64,000 bases of DNA, from NCBI RefSeq assembly GCF_006345805.1, contig NC_043001.1:52700001-52764000 (forward strand), in the 5' to 3' direction. Source of the stretch: Octopus sinensis. Taxonomy: Eukaryota. Position 1 is the first letter of the stretch; every line of letters starts with the position of its first letter. The notes beneath the pieces were generated by a model. It saw only the letters and a program-made list of their open reading frames with translations, had not been told where the DNA came from and did no database searches. The position numbers were made by a program, and so were the translations under genes. This document shows, in pieces, positions 27,148 to 40,580 of this stretch.

Positions 27148-28346
27148 ATATCTTAGATAACTTAGATATGTTTCGACCAAAGATTGGTCCAGGCCATGTC
27201 TAACTTAATAGCATCACCTGATAGGATTTTTCGAATCCTGTTTAAGTCAAGTTTTGTTTGAGTCAAGTTTTGTTCAAGTAGTGAGTTCTTGTTGGGTGAG
27301 TTGTATCCAATTATGGGTGGCTTATCTGGTTTTCTTTGAAGGAATCTATCCAGACTCCGTTTAAAGTTGATGGGATCCTTTTCCTCTTTGATCTCCCTCG
27401 GGTCAATGTTAAATAGGGCAGGGCCTGTTGAGGAAAAGAAATTATGTTGCAGTGTACTTGTATGTTGTGATCTTGAATTGGGCAGGGGACGTATGGCCCG
27501 TGGTCCCAGTCTTGGATGAACCTTGAAGCTAATGTTAAGGTCGTTTGTGCAAAGTTGGCGGTATATTCTCCACATCGTACAAATGATTTACCGCTCACAG
27601 CGACGCTGGAGGGAGTAAAGTTTCAAGACTTTAAGGCGATCCCAATAATCGAGAGCAGCCATGCCTTCAATTCGTTTAGTGAGTGCCCTCTGGGGTGACT
27701 CAGTCCTGGAGATGTTTTGTCTTGTATGGGGAGACCACAGTGGGCAGCAATATTCATGGTGTGGCCGTACAAAGGAGGAGAAAAGTGGTATGATGACACC
27801 TTGTTCTCTGGACCGGAAAGGTCTTAAGATCCAGGAACTCATCCTACGAGCTATATCGACCTTCTTGTTGATGTGTGCACTCCAACTGAGATCGTCATCA
27901 ACAATTACACCCAGGTCTCTGATATTGTTAGAGGCTGTGAGCGGTTCCCCTGAAGGAAGAGAGTATGGTTGTTTTAGTGAGGAATTTCTTCCAAAATGCA
28001 TCAGCTCAAATTTTCCCTCGTTCAGTTGCATTTTGTTTCTGTCTGCCCATTGACTCACAGCATATAGATCAAACTGGAGTTGAGTTCGGTCTGCTTCTTC
28101 ATTGACGGTTTGCTGGAGTTTAGTGTCATCAGCAAATATTTTCACTTTGCAGTAATGTACGACACTGGAAAGGTCATTTATGTAAATTATGAAGAGTAGC
28201 GGACCCAAAATAGTCCCCTGGGGAACACCGCTGGTGACTTTTGCTGGGCTTGAGTGGACTCCATCAACTACAACATGTTGTGTTCTATTCGCCAGGAAAT
28301 ACTTAATCCAGTGTAGAACTTTTCCACGGATTCCAACATTTGCCAT
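27148..28346 (-). mobile_element. 3' fragment of a LINE of the same CR1/L2-group family (RT C-terminus, 3' UTR, ATCTAAG tail)
   Basis: [19 protein letters not shown]...FADDTKL...YSLQRR. The 3' end gctattaagttagacatggcctgg.ccaat matches 21350-21390. Confidence 0.9.
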
Positions 28347-28348
28347 AT

Positions 28349-28775
28349 ATATTAATAGTTATCGCCATACTAATATGGCAGTCTTATAAATATAAGACTA
28401 AAGCTGTCGCTGATTAGCTCCAAGAGGCCATCGCCTCTAGCTAGCTATATGACACACGAACCTGCGTCCATTACAACCTCCGAACAGGGGAGGTCAGCCG
28501 CTTCACATTGCTAGTCAGACATCTGCAGACATGTTTCAGGGTTGTTGCCCTTTATCAATGCAGCGTAGTCAGACTCAGCAGGTGTCGCTACTGACCATCT
28601 GTTCGAAGATTTTATTTACCTACTTACAGTGGAATACATCCACTTGTTTCCAATAACAGAAATATTAAAATTACTAAGTCTTTATATTTATAAGACTGCC
28701 ATATTAGTATGGCGATAACTATTAATATCCAGTCGCGCTGCCGTAATCTCCTTTAGCAAGTCTTAGTAATTTTAT
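28349..28775. mobile_element. Small element with ~51-bp inverted repeats enclosing a hammerhead (solo Penelope-type terminal repeat-like)
   Basis: 28349-28399 is the reverse complement of 28677-28728, and the arms contain internal hairpins. It abuts the LINE break point. Confidence 0.6.
28523..28563 (-). ncRNA. Minimal type I hammerhead ribozyme, U3:A8 core variant
   Basis: 5'-CUGCA UUGAUAA AGGG caacaa CCCU GAAAC AU GUC UGCAG-3': 5-bp stem I, 4-bp stem II, palindromic ACAUGU stem III, GUC site. Confidence 0.7.
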
Positions 28776-29099
28776 ATATATATAGGTGAGAAAGTTGGTG
28801 TGTGAAAGCACGTTTTTCGATGTATAAAAAATAGAAAACAGTGTAAAAACTACAGAAGGCTTGTTTTATAAGGTTAAGGAATATATTTAAGTCGTTATGT
28901 TAGAAAAATGTTAGAAAATTTTGCGTATAGTGACATACATTTTTGAGAAATAACCGGTTTCGTGTACACTGTTCAAATTTCTCAAATTTCTTTACCTACA
29001 TCGTGTCACGTCTTCGTCATGAAGTGCAAAGAAAAGTTCCAGGCGGTATAAGGGAGATAATCGCTTAATATTTTTCCTTTTTTTTTTATAAGATGAGTT

Positions 29100-29545
29100 T
29101 CTCTATATAAGAATGTTAGGATGGTTAAGTTCAGGCTTATATTTTTCAAGGAAGAATGTTTCCTTGTTTAATCTAATTTGTGTTGGTCTGCAGAGGAAGT
29201 TTTTCCGACTCCAGCATTTTCAATGTTGTTGTATGTGGGAGTATTTTAACTGGTTGATTTTTTTTATTGAATCTTTCGATGCGCCAGATGAGTGTTTTAT
29301 TCTTTCTAGGGTACCGATTTCTGTTTGTGTTAGGGGATTTCGTAGGAGCGTGTTTTGAGCATGTATATGTGACAATGTTCTCAAAATGCTTCCATACAGT
29401 CTCTATGTGAGAGGAACTGAAAATGAATGACCAGTCGATGAGGGACAGATCCTTTCTGGTTGCTCCCCAGTCCGCTTTGTAGAAGTTTATGCTGTCAAAT
29501 GAGTGCAGTGGAGTGGGATTGGGTGGTTTGGTTTTGACAAACTGA
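29100..29545 (-). mobile_element. Internal fragment of the same LINE family (post-APE linker)
   Basis: HSFDSINFYKADWGATRKDLSLIDWSF aligns with [27 protein letters not shown] of the 18.3-kb ORF. Confidence 0.8.
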
Positions 29546-29798
29546 TTATTAAAAATGCAGAGTATCATGTCGTGGCGTGTAGATATACACACACACATAC
29601 ATACATATTTATACTTATATAGACATATATACATACATATACACACACACGCATACATATACACACAATCTTGCATGCATACACATACATAACTTTACCA
29701 TAAATACATATATGCATGTGTGTATGAAATTGTTTATGTATGCATATTGTATATATGTATATATATATTGTATATATATATATATATATAGATATATG

Positions 29799-29830
<32 letters not shown>

Positions 29831-29855
29831 ATATATATATATATGTATATATATG

Positions 29856-29938
<83 letters not shown>

Positions 29939-30497
29939 TAAATAGATAGATGAATCAGTAAACTTGTGTATGTGAATATGCATGAATGTATACGTATGTG
30001 TATGTTTATGTATATATACATAAACGGATAGGTGTATGTATATATAAATATGTCTATATGAAAGTGTGTATTATGCAACAAATGCGGTTATAGAAATAGA
30101 TACTAATAGATTTAAATTTAAGAATTTACGAAATTTCATTTAGGTTATTTATTCATGATTAAGTTCGCTGTACCAAAGCATTTTGTGAAAAGCGTTGGCA
30201 GTTATAAAATTTTTCAATTGCGATGTTTCGTGACATATTTTAGAATATATGTGTATCTGAGGAAACCTCATTATATTTAAATGGTATTTTATTATTCTTG
30301 AAAAACTTGTTTTACTACTGGCGTTGAAACTGCTGTAATTTATGAGATCTGTCATTTATTTGTATAAAGTAATGGAAGTGAATGTAATTTATCATTTAAT
30401 GATTGAATTCTGTAAATGTCCTATTTATTGTTTTGGTTCCCATTTCTAATTTATATATATTATATATATATAATATATATATATATATTATATATAT

Positions 30498-30528
<31 letters not shown>

Positions 30529-31037
30529 TCATATGTATATACATATCTATTTCCATATAATATATATGTATATATATATATATATAATATACAGATATCC
30601 ATTTCCGTCTGTCAGTCTGTCTGTCACTGTCTAAATCAGAAAACTAATATCCATGAAACTTTGCATTCTTGTTACACTGTCATCCAGTTCCATAATAATC
30701 TACTTCGATTTCAATAGAAATCTTCAGTGTGCTCCCCATGGATGTTGGGTGAGTTGTGTGTTAAAATGAGAAGCTTGCAATAAGTATTAGTTGTGGGGAA
30801 GGTAGTAGCAGCGTGAGGGTGACTTATATCAGTGGAGGCGAAAACAGTGGTGTCAATGGGATATTAATGTTAATATAGCTGTCATACACACGTGGCGCTG
30901 CATACATACTTTCCTAAATACATAGCTACAAAACACACACAAACACATACAAAATGGTGATGTGATGAATACGTAGATTTAAGTAGAGAGGCGTAGGTAG
31001 CTATTCTGGTATACATCACGAAGTAACACATACATGC

Positions 31038-31073
<36 letters not shown>

Positions 31074-31090
31074 GTATATATTTATGTATG

Positions 31091-31123
<33 letters not shown>

Positions 31124-31942
31124 TATATATATATATATACATAGATATGTACATACATACATATGTCTACTATATCATTTTCACCTGGTGATTACCTGCG
31201 TGTACGTTTGTAAATTTGTGTGTGGTAATATGTATGTGTGTGTGACTGTTTTTGTGACGTCCTATAGCTGTCTGTATCTCTACCTTTGCAGGGTCTTCCC
31301 ATTTGCTGTCACACATTGTGGGATTTTACAATACGGGGACTATCTATTTGTAAGTGTATCGATTTATCTACTTAATTTTATGCATATTCGTTTGTTAAAA
31401 TAATATAGGGACATTCTTTATTCACCCTCTAATCGAATTAATAGTTTTTAATACCTAATTTTAGCAATAACATATCACCATAAATGACTGGTTGGGCATA
31501 AAGACGGGAACTGAACAGGAAGTGGGATAGGACATGGAGCAGTGTAATGGAGGACTAGGGATAACCCCCGCTTTCCCAATATTATCGGTCAACTCATTTA
31601 TTTTAATCAGATGCTTGTTTGTTTGTTAAAATATTATAGGGATATTCGTTATTCATCCACTAATGCATAAATACATGCGTTTCACCTATAGATATACAAA
31701 AAAATAGTTCCTAAAGGTTTGTAAAAGTAATTTTGACACGAGGGACAACGGAACAAAAACAATAACTAACTTATTTTAAGTTTTATTTGTTGAAGGGTTT
31801 TAACAAAATAAGTCAAGATATTTTTATCTAAATTTATAGCTTTAACATTTCCACTGTATTCGAATTCTATCAACTCAATTTCATATACTACTTCATTTGA
31901 GTGAACTTACATATTACAACGCAGTTAGTCGTCACCAATTAT

Positions 31943-32975
31943 TGTAGTATCGTCACTATTTATGACGATACTTATTTACACTATAACCGTGTAGTAACAG
32001 TAAACATTGGTGAAGTAAGGTAACAACAATGTAACGACCCAACACACTCTCCAGCAAGTATACACAAGCCAACAAATGATATTTCGACAAGCTACCAAAA
32101 GAGCACCTTATGACTTCCTGCGATTAACGCCTACTCTCTACGATTCAGACCGCTAATATTTATAGTTTTTCGGTCAAGTCTATACTCGCAGTAGGTGTTG
32201 TGACCCTCGCCACGTTTCCCTTTTTGAGATTTCGACATCAGTAGGAAACGAAATTTGTTTCATAATTTATAAGTTTTTCTACATTATTTCAGACACATTT
32301 CCCTTTTTGCAATTTTTTCTTTCCTAGTGAGTTCAGTACCTTTTCCACTGAGGAATTATTTCTAAGTGTTCTTTCTGTTTACATTTTCTCTTTGCACTTT
32401 CTGCTCCTTCTAGGTGCAAATTCTTTCGGTGCTAGTACATCGCACATGTAAAACACTTCCATTCAAATTTCCTTCCCTTTCTCTGTAGGTCGGATTTTAA
32501 ATTGATTTAGGAATCGCTTATGTTCCTATCGTTACCCTTATATTAAATACCTCATGTTTCCAGTTATTTTAGTCATTACACCATCCTGCCAACTCTCTTT
32601 ACCGTTCTTATATACTTTGCTGCTGTTTTCGCAACTATATTATAGAATCTAATAGGTCTTCCATTATTAACACTTTATATCACAAACATTTGTTAACTGA
32701 CCTGCGTGAACTTCGAATCCTCTTCACCAATTATTGTAGTATCAACACTATTTATGACAATACTTGTTTGCACTATAAGCGTGTATTAACAATAAACATA
32801 TAACGATGTAGGGTAACAACAACGCAACAATCCAACAAAATCACCACGAACCAAGAAACGATATTCCGACAAACTACCAAAACGACACCTTAAGACTCCC
32901 TGCGATTAACGTCTACTCTCTACGACGCAGACAGCTGCTATTTATAGTCGTTTGGTCAAGTGTATTCCTACAGTG
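31943..32975 (-). mobile_element. Degenerate small LTR element (TRIM-like or internally deleted)
   Basis: Two diverged direct repeats (31943-32212, TG...CA; 32735-~32975, truncated). Purine tract at 32213-32225, TGGTGA PBS-like motif, ~520-bp interior with a WKCFTC knuckle-like remnant. Confidence 0.55.
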
Positions 32976-32998
32976 GAATTCGCAAGCGCAGTTTTAGT

Positions 32999-33621
32999 CG
33001 GCAGCAAATAAATATGTTTACCCACTTCAAAATTACTAAAATCATATTAACAAAAATATACAGGGTAGGAAAATTATAGAATTTTCTACCAGTGGCCTAT
33101 CATGTATATAATAGTCAATAGACAATATATTTTTCATATAAAATAAGCGTATATTCAAACACAAAAGAGATGACCCTAGCAAGACACTTAATGCTAGAAG
33201 GAACAGTGAGATCCAAACAACAGTTAAGAGCAATTTCGAAGAGAATGAAAAATAAAAACATTTACCGCATTTTCTTACCGGACCAAGATTTCGAACTTTA
33301 AGTAACAAATAAAATAATTTGCTAGGCGAAGTTCTTATGAGCGTGTACGTCAAAGATTAACATATAATTATGAGACAAAATAGCATGTCTCATCTTGTGG
33401 TTTGGTTTTGACTATTCCCTCTAACATGTAAGGTGTCTTGCTAGGGTCACCTCTTTTGCGCTTAAATGCACACTAATTTTATATGAAACATATACTCTAT
33501 TGACTATTTTAGACATGCTAGGCTACTGGTACAATAATTTCCATACTTTTCCTACCCTGCATATTTTTCTTAATCTGATTTTAGTAATTCTGAAATTGGT
33601 CGACATTTTTATTTGCTGCCG
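32999..33621. repeat. Fold-back element with ~220-bp imperfect inverted arms, diverged relative of the 474-bp HHR family
   Basis: cggcagcaaataaa...gaccctagcaagacac mirrored at 33395-33621. Decayed HHR on minus at 33279-33343 (CUCAUAA GAACU...AGUUC GAAAU CUUG GUC). Confidence 0.75.
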
Positions 33622-33699
33622 AGCGCTTTCACGGAGGATTTGAAAAAATTATAATATATCAAGATGATATAGTTTGCATATATTCACAATAAAATTTCC

Positions 33700-34700
33700 T
33701 ATAAGTTTATTTCATGAATCGACATCCATCGACGATAACTATTTTAATGGGAGATGGAATCGTTCATGCATCTGCACAAAGTGGTCCTTATTCATTTCGG
33801 GCATCACATAGACAATTGCTGCCTTGAGTGATGTGAGTTATCATGAGCGAGTTTATTGGTCACCCTTTCAACAGCGCTCTACATTTAGAAGTTCATGGGA
33901 TTTAAATCTATCCTGTTTGCCGGACAGAACTTTCGTGCTATATAATCGTAAAGAACATCTGACAATCATCTTTGGGCTACTTGTTTTTGTGAGAAAGCTT
34001 TGAAACTAATTGAAACATAGATGGTTTCCTACTCCGCATTACATTCACTCACGAATCAGCAACTGACTCTGACACCTGAACGTATCCATTAGCATTAAAT
34101 CTACTACGACATTGTCGAAAAAATATGAGTCTGAATTACATGACCTTCGTTACTCATGGATTTTACAACAGTTACATTTCCTGGAAACTTAGTGGGCCTC
34201 AATCAACAGACACCAGAAAGGTTTGCACATTACCATCTCTCTTTTATACCGTTAGAATTTTCTTTGTGGTCGACGTTTATTGCATCGGAGAAGAATCAAT
34301 GAACGCCATGTTTACGTGGCTTTATACTATTCTTAAGTAGCCATTAGTCAAGGATCAAATAGTTTTCCTTTCTCTTTCTAGATATTAATCTCCTAGGTAT
34401 ACATGGCTTGTATCGAACGTCCGCGTTCACCACAGGTCTGATAGTCCACTTGACACCCAAACCTTCTTTGGAAAGTTCCTTATAGATTTCCTCAGATCAT
34501 TATCGGTAATGTTTTGAACCCAGTGGTCGTATTACTTGTTCTTCTATTGACTGATCATTTCTCTTTGACACAAAAGAAATATTCACGCTACAGAGTTGCA
34601 ATTCCATCCAGGCGCTGTGTGCAAAAGATTTGGCAACACTTAGAAGGTTGGCAATTTCTCAATCACTTATTTTCTCGCATATATGGCCACAACGAGTGAA
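33700..34700 (-). mobile_element. Possible Tc1/mariner transposase remnant
   Basis: Broken frames, e.g. ISD*EIANLLSVAKSFAHSAWMEL, resembling Tc1-type N-terminal helix-turn-helix text by eye only. Confidence 0.3.
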
Positions 34701-35421
34701 TGTCTTTTCATTTCTTGTGTTAGTATTTTATCTACGATGGCAGCCCTGAGAGAAATTGTAAACTTTAGAGTTGTTTGAAGAGAATAATACACTGATAAGT
34801 ACACTCAAATATGACTTGCAGCCTGTATGCACACACACACACACACACGCGCACACACATATGCACACATACACATATATAAGTGCTTGCGCGAGTGTGT
34901 ATACGTATGTATATATATACATACATATGTATATGTATATGTATACTTATGTATACATATGTTCATGTGTGTGCGTGTGTTTATGTGTGTGGCTGCGTGT
35001 GTGTGTGTGTGAGACACTTATTGAGGAAACTTCATACATCACTGTGGATTTGGCTGTACTTTGAGTTGCTGCTCATGAAATCTATTATTTAGTCGTGTTT
35101 GGTAGCTGATACGATGATAAATATTTGGCGAAGGCGCGGTGAATAAAAATTAATGTTCTAATATTTGGTTAAGTAAACGTCTATGACCTTTGAGCAATGT
35201 ATAAAGTGTACGCAAAAGTACATTTCTGGAATGGTGATAATTTGTAACACTAGTAATGGAGAAAAAGGACGATAAATATATAAAAAGAAGTAGAAATACA
35301 GAGAGGAAAACAAGAAGAGGAAGATGACACAAGAATAATAAATGCAACAAGATTTATATCGTGACATATCGAATCTAGAATGGACAGCAGAAAAAAGTGT
35401 GGTGTAAAAGATAGAATTATA

Positions 35422-35494
<73 letters not shown>

Positions 35495-35509
35495 CATACA
35501 TATATATGC

Positions 35510-35565
<56 letters not shown>

Positions 35566-35617
35566 TATATATATTATATATATATTATATATATATATAT
35601 AATATATATATATATTA

Positions 35618-35656
<39 letters not shown>

Positions 35657-36423
35657 CATACATGTATACATACATACATACATATACGTATATATAGATG
35701 AGTATGCATGTGTGTGCTTCCATATTTATAATGTGCGGTGTGCGCGTGCGCAGATGCGTGTAAACGAATAAGGGAGGAAAGACGAACAATAATACTAATT
35801 AAAATAGAGGGAGTGAAAAAAGAGGGAATTGAGTGAGAGAAAGAGAGAGAAATAGAAAGTGTGGAAGAAGGAGTGAGAAAGAGTAATAAGGAGTAAGAGA
35901 GGGAAGAGTGAATTTATCAAGCGTCGTACAGAAAACTTTGTATTAAAGATTAGTTCACCGCAGTAGAAGAAAGAACTGTTAGCGTAGTGGACATAGCTGA
36001 TAGGATAATCAGTAACTATATTTGGTGTAAAAGTGGTTCAGACAAGCGAATAAGACTGAAATCCTAGCGCGACATAGCCATGCAAGATTTCACATAAATT
36101 TACTTATGATATTATAAAGAGTGGAATAAGAAATTGCTAAAAAAAAGGGCGATTAATGAATAAAATGTGGAGAGGCAAGTCAAAAATTGTTAGTGATTGG
36201 TGCAGGATGAGGGGAATGGGATTAGTAAAAAGAAAAAAATAGGTCAATTTTAGCAACAGTCGTATGAAAAGCGAATAAATATTTGAAAAATTAGAAGGAT
36301 GGCAAAATAGTGAAGATAAGGGGAATGAAAATAAGTACGAGGGCGCTAATAGAGATTGAAATATAATAATAGGTGTTGTATATATATATAAGTATATGCA
36401 TATATATCATATATATACACACA

Positions 36424-36502
<79 letters not shown>

Positions 36503-36619
36503 GGTGTGTGTGTGTGTATGTGTGTGTGTATGTATGTGTGTGTGAGTGTATGTATACTTATTTATATACATATGTGTGTATATATGTTTTAATAATGGTA
36601 TAATAATTGTATTTATATA

Positions 36620-37480
36620 AGATGAAAGCTTATGACGATCATCATGCAATGACCATGGAAAATAGTCGAATAAAGGGGCATATGGCTCACGACAGAGAAA
36701 GAAAACTTTCCTACCTGCTTGGGACTCTAATCCACTTCTCTTTGTTAACGCGACTAAGTGTGTTACCTTTACACCAGCAAATTAACCTCCCTCTTTCTGT
36801 CAAATTTAAGAACTATATTACTTCGTGTTTGTTTTATGTAAACAAATTTTCTATTTGCTTTTTGATGCAAATGGTTTTAATGTACGGCGCCGTGTTTTAT
36901 AATCCTGTAAATAATAGTAATGGTATTTATATAAGCTTAAAGCTCATGGCGATCACAATGCAATGACTACGTAAAATAGTTTAATAAAGGGATGAGGGTT
37001 CGAGGCCCACGCAGATAAGAAAGCCTTCTTATTTTCTGTCGTGAGCTTACCTGCTTATTTAATAGATTATATTCCTTAGTCATTGCATGCTTTTCGCCAC
37101 AAGCTTAAGCTTATATGAGTAGCATTATTATTATTTACAGGATTGTAAAACACGTCGCAGTATACATTATTTACATTTGATAGATATTTGTCCTCATCTT
37201 GTTTGTTGTTACAACATTTCGGTTGATATATCCTCCAGCCTTCATCACGGCGCCGTGTTTCATAATCCTGTAAATAATACAATGGTATTTATATAAGCTT
37301 AAACTTATGGTGATCCCCGTGCAATGCTAAAGGTTAATAGTCTAATAAAGGGTTAAGGGTTCGAGTCCTACGCGGATAGGAAAGCCTTCATTTTTCTTCT
37401 GTCATGGACTTATATGTCCACGGACATATAGCGTAGTGGTTAAGAGGGCGGGCTACTATCCCCAAGATTCCGAGTTCGTT
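36620..37480. repeat. Mosaic of direct and inverted copies of one ~170-bp repeat, with tRNA-like boxes and a clipped HHR-like motif
   Basis: cggcgccgtgttt.ataatcctgtaaataat at about 36885 and 37248, inverted copy at about 37080-37165. Minus 37195-37247 reads gUGAUGA AGG...CC GAAAU GUU GUA. Confidence 0.55.
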
Positions 37481-37981
37481 TTCTACATAAGTTAACTATT
37501 CTGCCATTATAGAGAAGGAGAGAGAAAAAGAAAATGAGAGAGAGAACTAAATAAAGAATATCTTTAACCAATAATATCAGTAATTACGAGTACTAAGAAG
37601 TGCGAAAATTAGATAGATATTAGTGGTTCGAAGCTACATGCTCAAAGAATTTATGAAACCATTAGTAAAATATCAGTTAGAAGATCCATTGTTGAAGTAT
37701 GAAGGAAAAAAAAAACACGATAAAAGATGAAAGAAGTGTCAAGTTGCATCTTTAAAGAGAATGTGAGGTGAATATAAATGTAAGGTCTTCGAAGAGTACA
37801 GGATAGTGTGAGGGGACAGTAGAGTAGTATATGTATATGCCAGTACATAGATGCACATACAGGCACACACACGTAAACACACATACCATATACATACGTA
37901 TATATATATATATTATATATATATATATACACACACATATATATATATATATATAATATATATATATATATGCATATATAT

Positions 37982-38028
<47 letters not shown>

Positions 38029-38061
38029 GTATATATATATGCATATATATATGTATGTATG

Positions 38062-38109
<48 letters not shown>

Positions 38110-38159
38110 TATATATATATATATAATATGCATATATATATATATATATATATATATAG

Positions 38160-38193
<34 letters not shown>

Positions 38194-38226
38194 ATATATA
38201 TATATGCATATATATATGTATGTATG

Positions 38227-38274
<48 letters not shown>

Positions 38275-38550
38275 TATATATATATGTATATATATATAGT
38301 TAATACAAACATGAACAAAGAGAAAACACAACAACGCGAGGGCGTGGAACAAGTATAGTGTTATTGGACGCTCAGAAAGGAAGGAAAGAAAGAAGGAGGA
38401 TTTAGGATTTATCGTTTCGAGCGGAGCTGTTCCTCAGAAACAGAAAAAGGAAAGGTCCAAGGAAGGGATGAGGAGAAAGAAGATCGCTAAAGATACACAC
38501 GCAGTTACACCCCCACACACACACACACAAACACAACACACACACACACA

Positions 38551-38605
<55 letters not shown>

Positions 38606-40396
38606 TACACACACACACACACATATATATATTTACTGTTAACAAAAGTCGGGATTCGTGTGTTTCAGTTAATAATTGAAAAATGCATTAAATAGTAAAA
38701 AACGCACGTATAGGATGGACGTAGAAGGACTCTAATTCTTCACCAGTTATCGACCCAAATAATAACACATAGTTTCATGCCTTTAACGCTGACTGAGAAT
38801 TTCGCATACAGTGTGGACTTACGAAAATAAACAAATGTAATTTAAAACCATTGGCGAAGACAGAATAAATATAGCCTTTTGGCCAAACACACAAGTATGA
38901 TGGGTAACGCCTGGAAGCAATGCTGAATAGATATAGAAAGTAATATAGCAAGAGACGTGACGGGTCTTAACTGGCAAACTAAGCGACCGGTGGCGAAAGG
39001 CAGAGAAATGGAGAAATTAGTCACAGGTCACGTGAGGTCAGTAGATCGAGGGGAGGAGGATGTGAGAGAGGGGGAGAGAGAGAACGACAGAGAGAACAGG
39101 GAAGAAAATCTTGTGTCTATCCTGTGTACGTTTTGTTTTTAGTATTCATTTATTGAATATCCTTAATCAATGATATTAGTAATTACTAGTATTAAGATGA
39201 GTCCCAATTAGATAGATATTAGAGGTTGGTAGTTACATGATCGAATAATTTAGGAAACCATTAGGAAAATACCCGTTAGAAGATCTATTGTTGAACGCCA
39301 CACGTTCTGATAACGGATGAAGAAGTAGGGACCGTCTGTGTCTCTCCTATGTTTACGTTTTTTAGTATTTAGTGCATTTTAAAATTATATACTTATATAT
39401 ATGTAATGATACACGCAAACATTCATCCACATCATAGTTATAGAGAGTTACTGCACTTGGCTATCTCCCGATGACTTTATCTATCTTATTTATCTCTGGT
39501 TATTCAATGACCATAGCTTATACCGGTCGTGAACAACGCAGTGAGTTTCTTGCCTGCGTACACCTGACCTTTTTCATTTTATAGCAGTGAACCTATCACT
39601 TCAATAAAATAAACACTATTCTCCTACTCGTATGTATGATATGTATGATGAATGTGCGTGTGTGAGTGTGGGTATGTACACACACCCACTCACACATACA
39701 CACACACAATTAAGGGGAGAAGGTATGATATTAGAATGTCGGCAGCAGTTTCAGCGGGCTCGGACCTACTTCATAATATTTGCAGATGTAGTTCACAAAA
39801 GTCAATATATGCAACCAGAAGTTGCACTATGTATATGTGATTGTGTCCTTATATAACTATCTAGGTGTCTATCTATCAGTATATACTCATTTGTGTGTCT
39901 GTCTGTACATAAGTGTCTGTACGAGTATTTTTGTGTGTGAGTGTGTATATGCGTGTGTGTGTGTGAATTTTTCTGAACTTTTGGAACTTTCTACTTTTTC
40001 CTTATGTTTTCGTACTCAGTTTTTGCCATGATCGACCGCTCGCCACTAAAGCTTTTTCTTATTCTCTCACTGTTTATTTTCTCGTGTTCCTTTCCGTTGA
40101 AGAGCGTAGGCTCGAAACGTAAAATACTTTCTCACCTTCCCGTCGTTAAACCAATACACTTAAACTAATAATAATGTTAAACCAGTAATAGCGCTAAAAT
40201 AATAATAATGTTTGTTGTTTAAACACTTGCCTGCGTCTTTTGCTTTTTGTAAATTCCAACTACTTTATCTTAGCCTATTCAGTGTGCGCGGCTGCTCGTT
40301 CAAACATGTCACACCAACGCCGGTGTTGATGAATCGGCAATGTAAATCTTGGAACATTCATATCAGATTGGTGGTTCGGTGAGAAACAAAATGATT

Positions 40397-40460
40397 TACG
40401 GTATACAACACCCTTGATAAGGATCAAACAAATGACGTGCATATGTGTAAGCATGCGTAA

Positions 40461-40494
<34 letters not shown>

Positions 40495-40580
40495 GCGTAC
40501 GCGCACACGCAGATACTTACGCATGCTTACACATATGCACGTCATTTGTTTGATCCTTATCAAGGGTGTTGTATACCGTA
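40397..40580. repeat. Perfect 65-bp inverted repeat with a 54-nt microsatellite loop
   Basis: 40397-40461 is the exact reverse complement of 40516-40580. Confidence 0.95.

Noticed and set aside
40097-40122. UUGAAGA gcguaggcuc GAAAC GUA
   Set aside because: The stem uses core nucleotides and there is no stem I; at best a decayed motif.
40295-40335. caaac-AUGUC-acacc/ggugu-UGAUGA arrangement resembling a permuted hammerhead
   Set aside because: G12 and C3 are missing and stem II is unconvincing.
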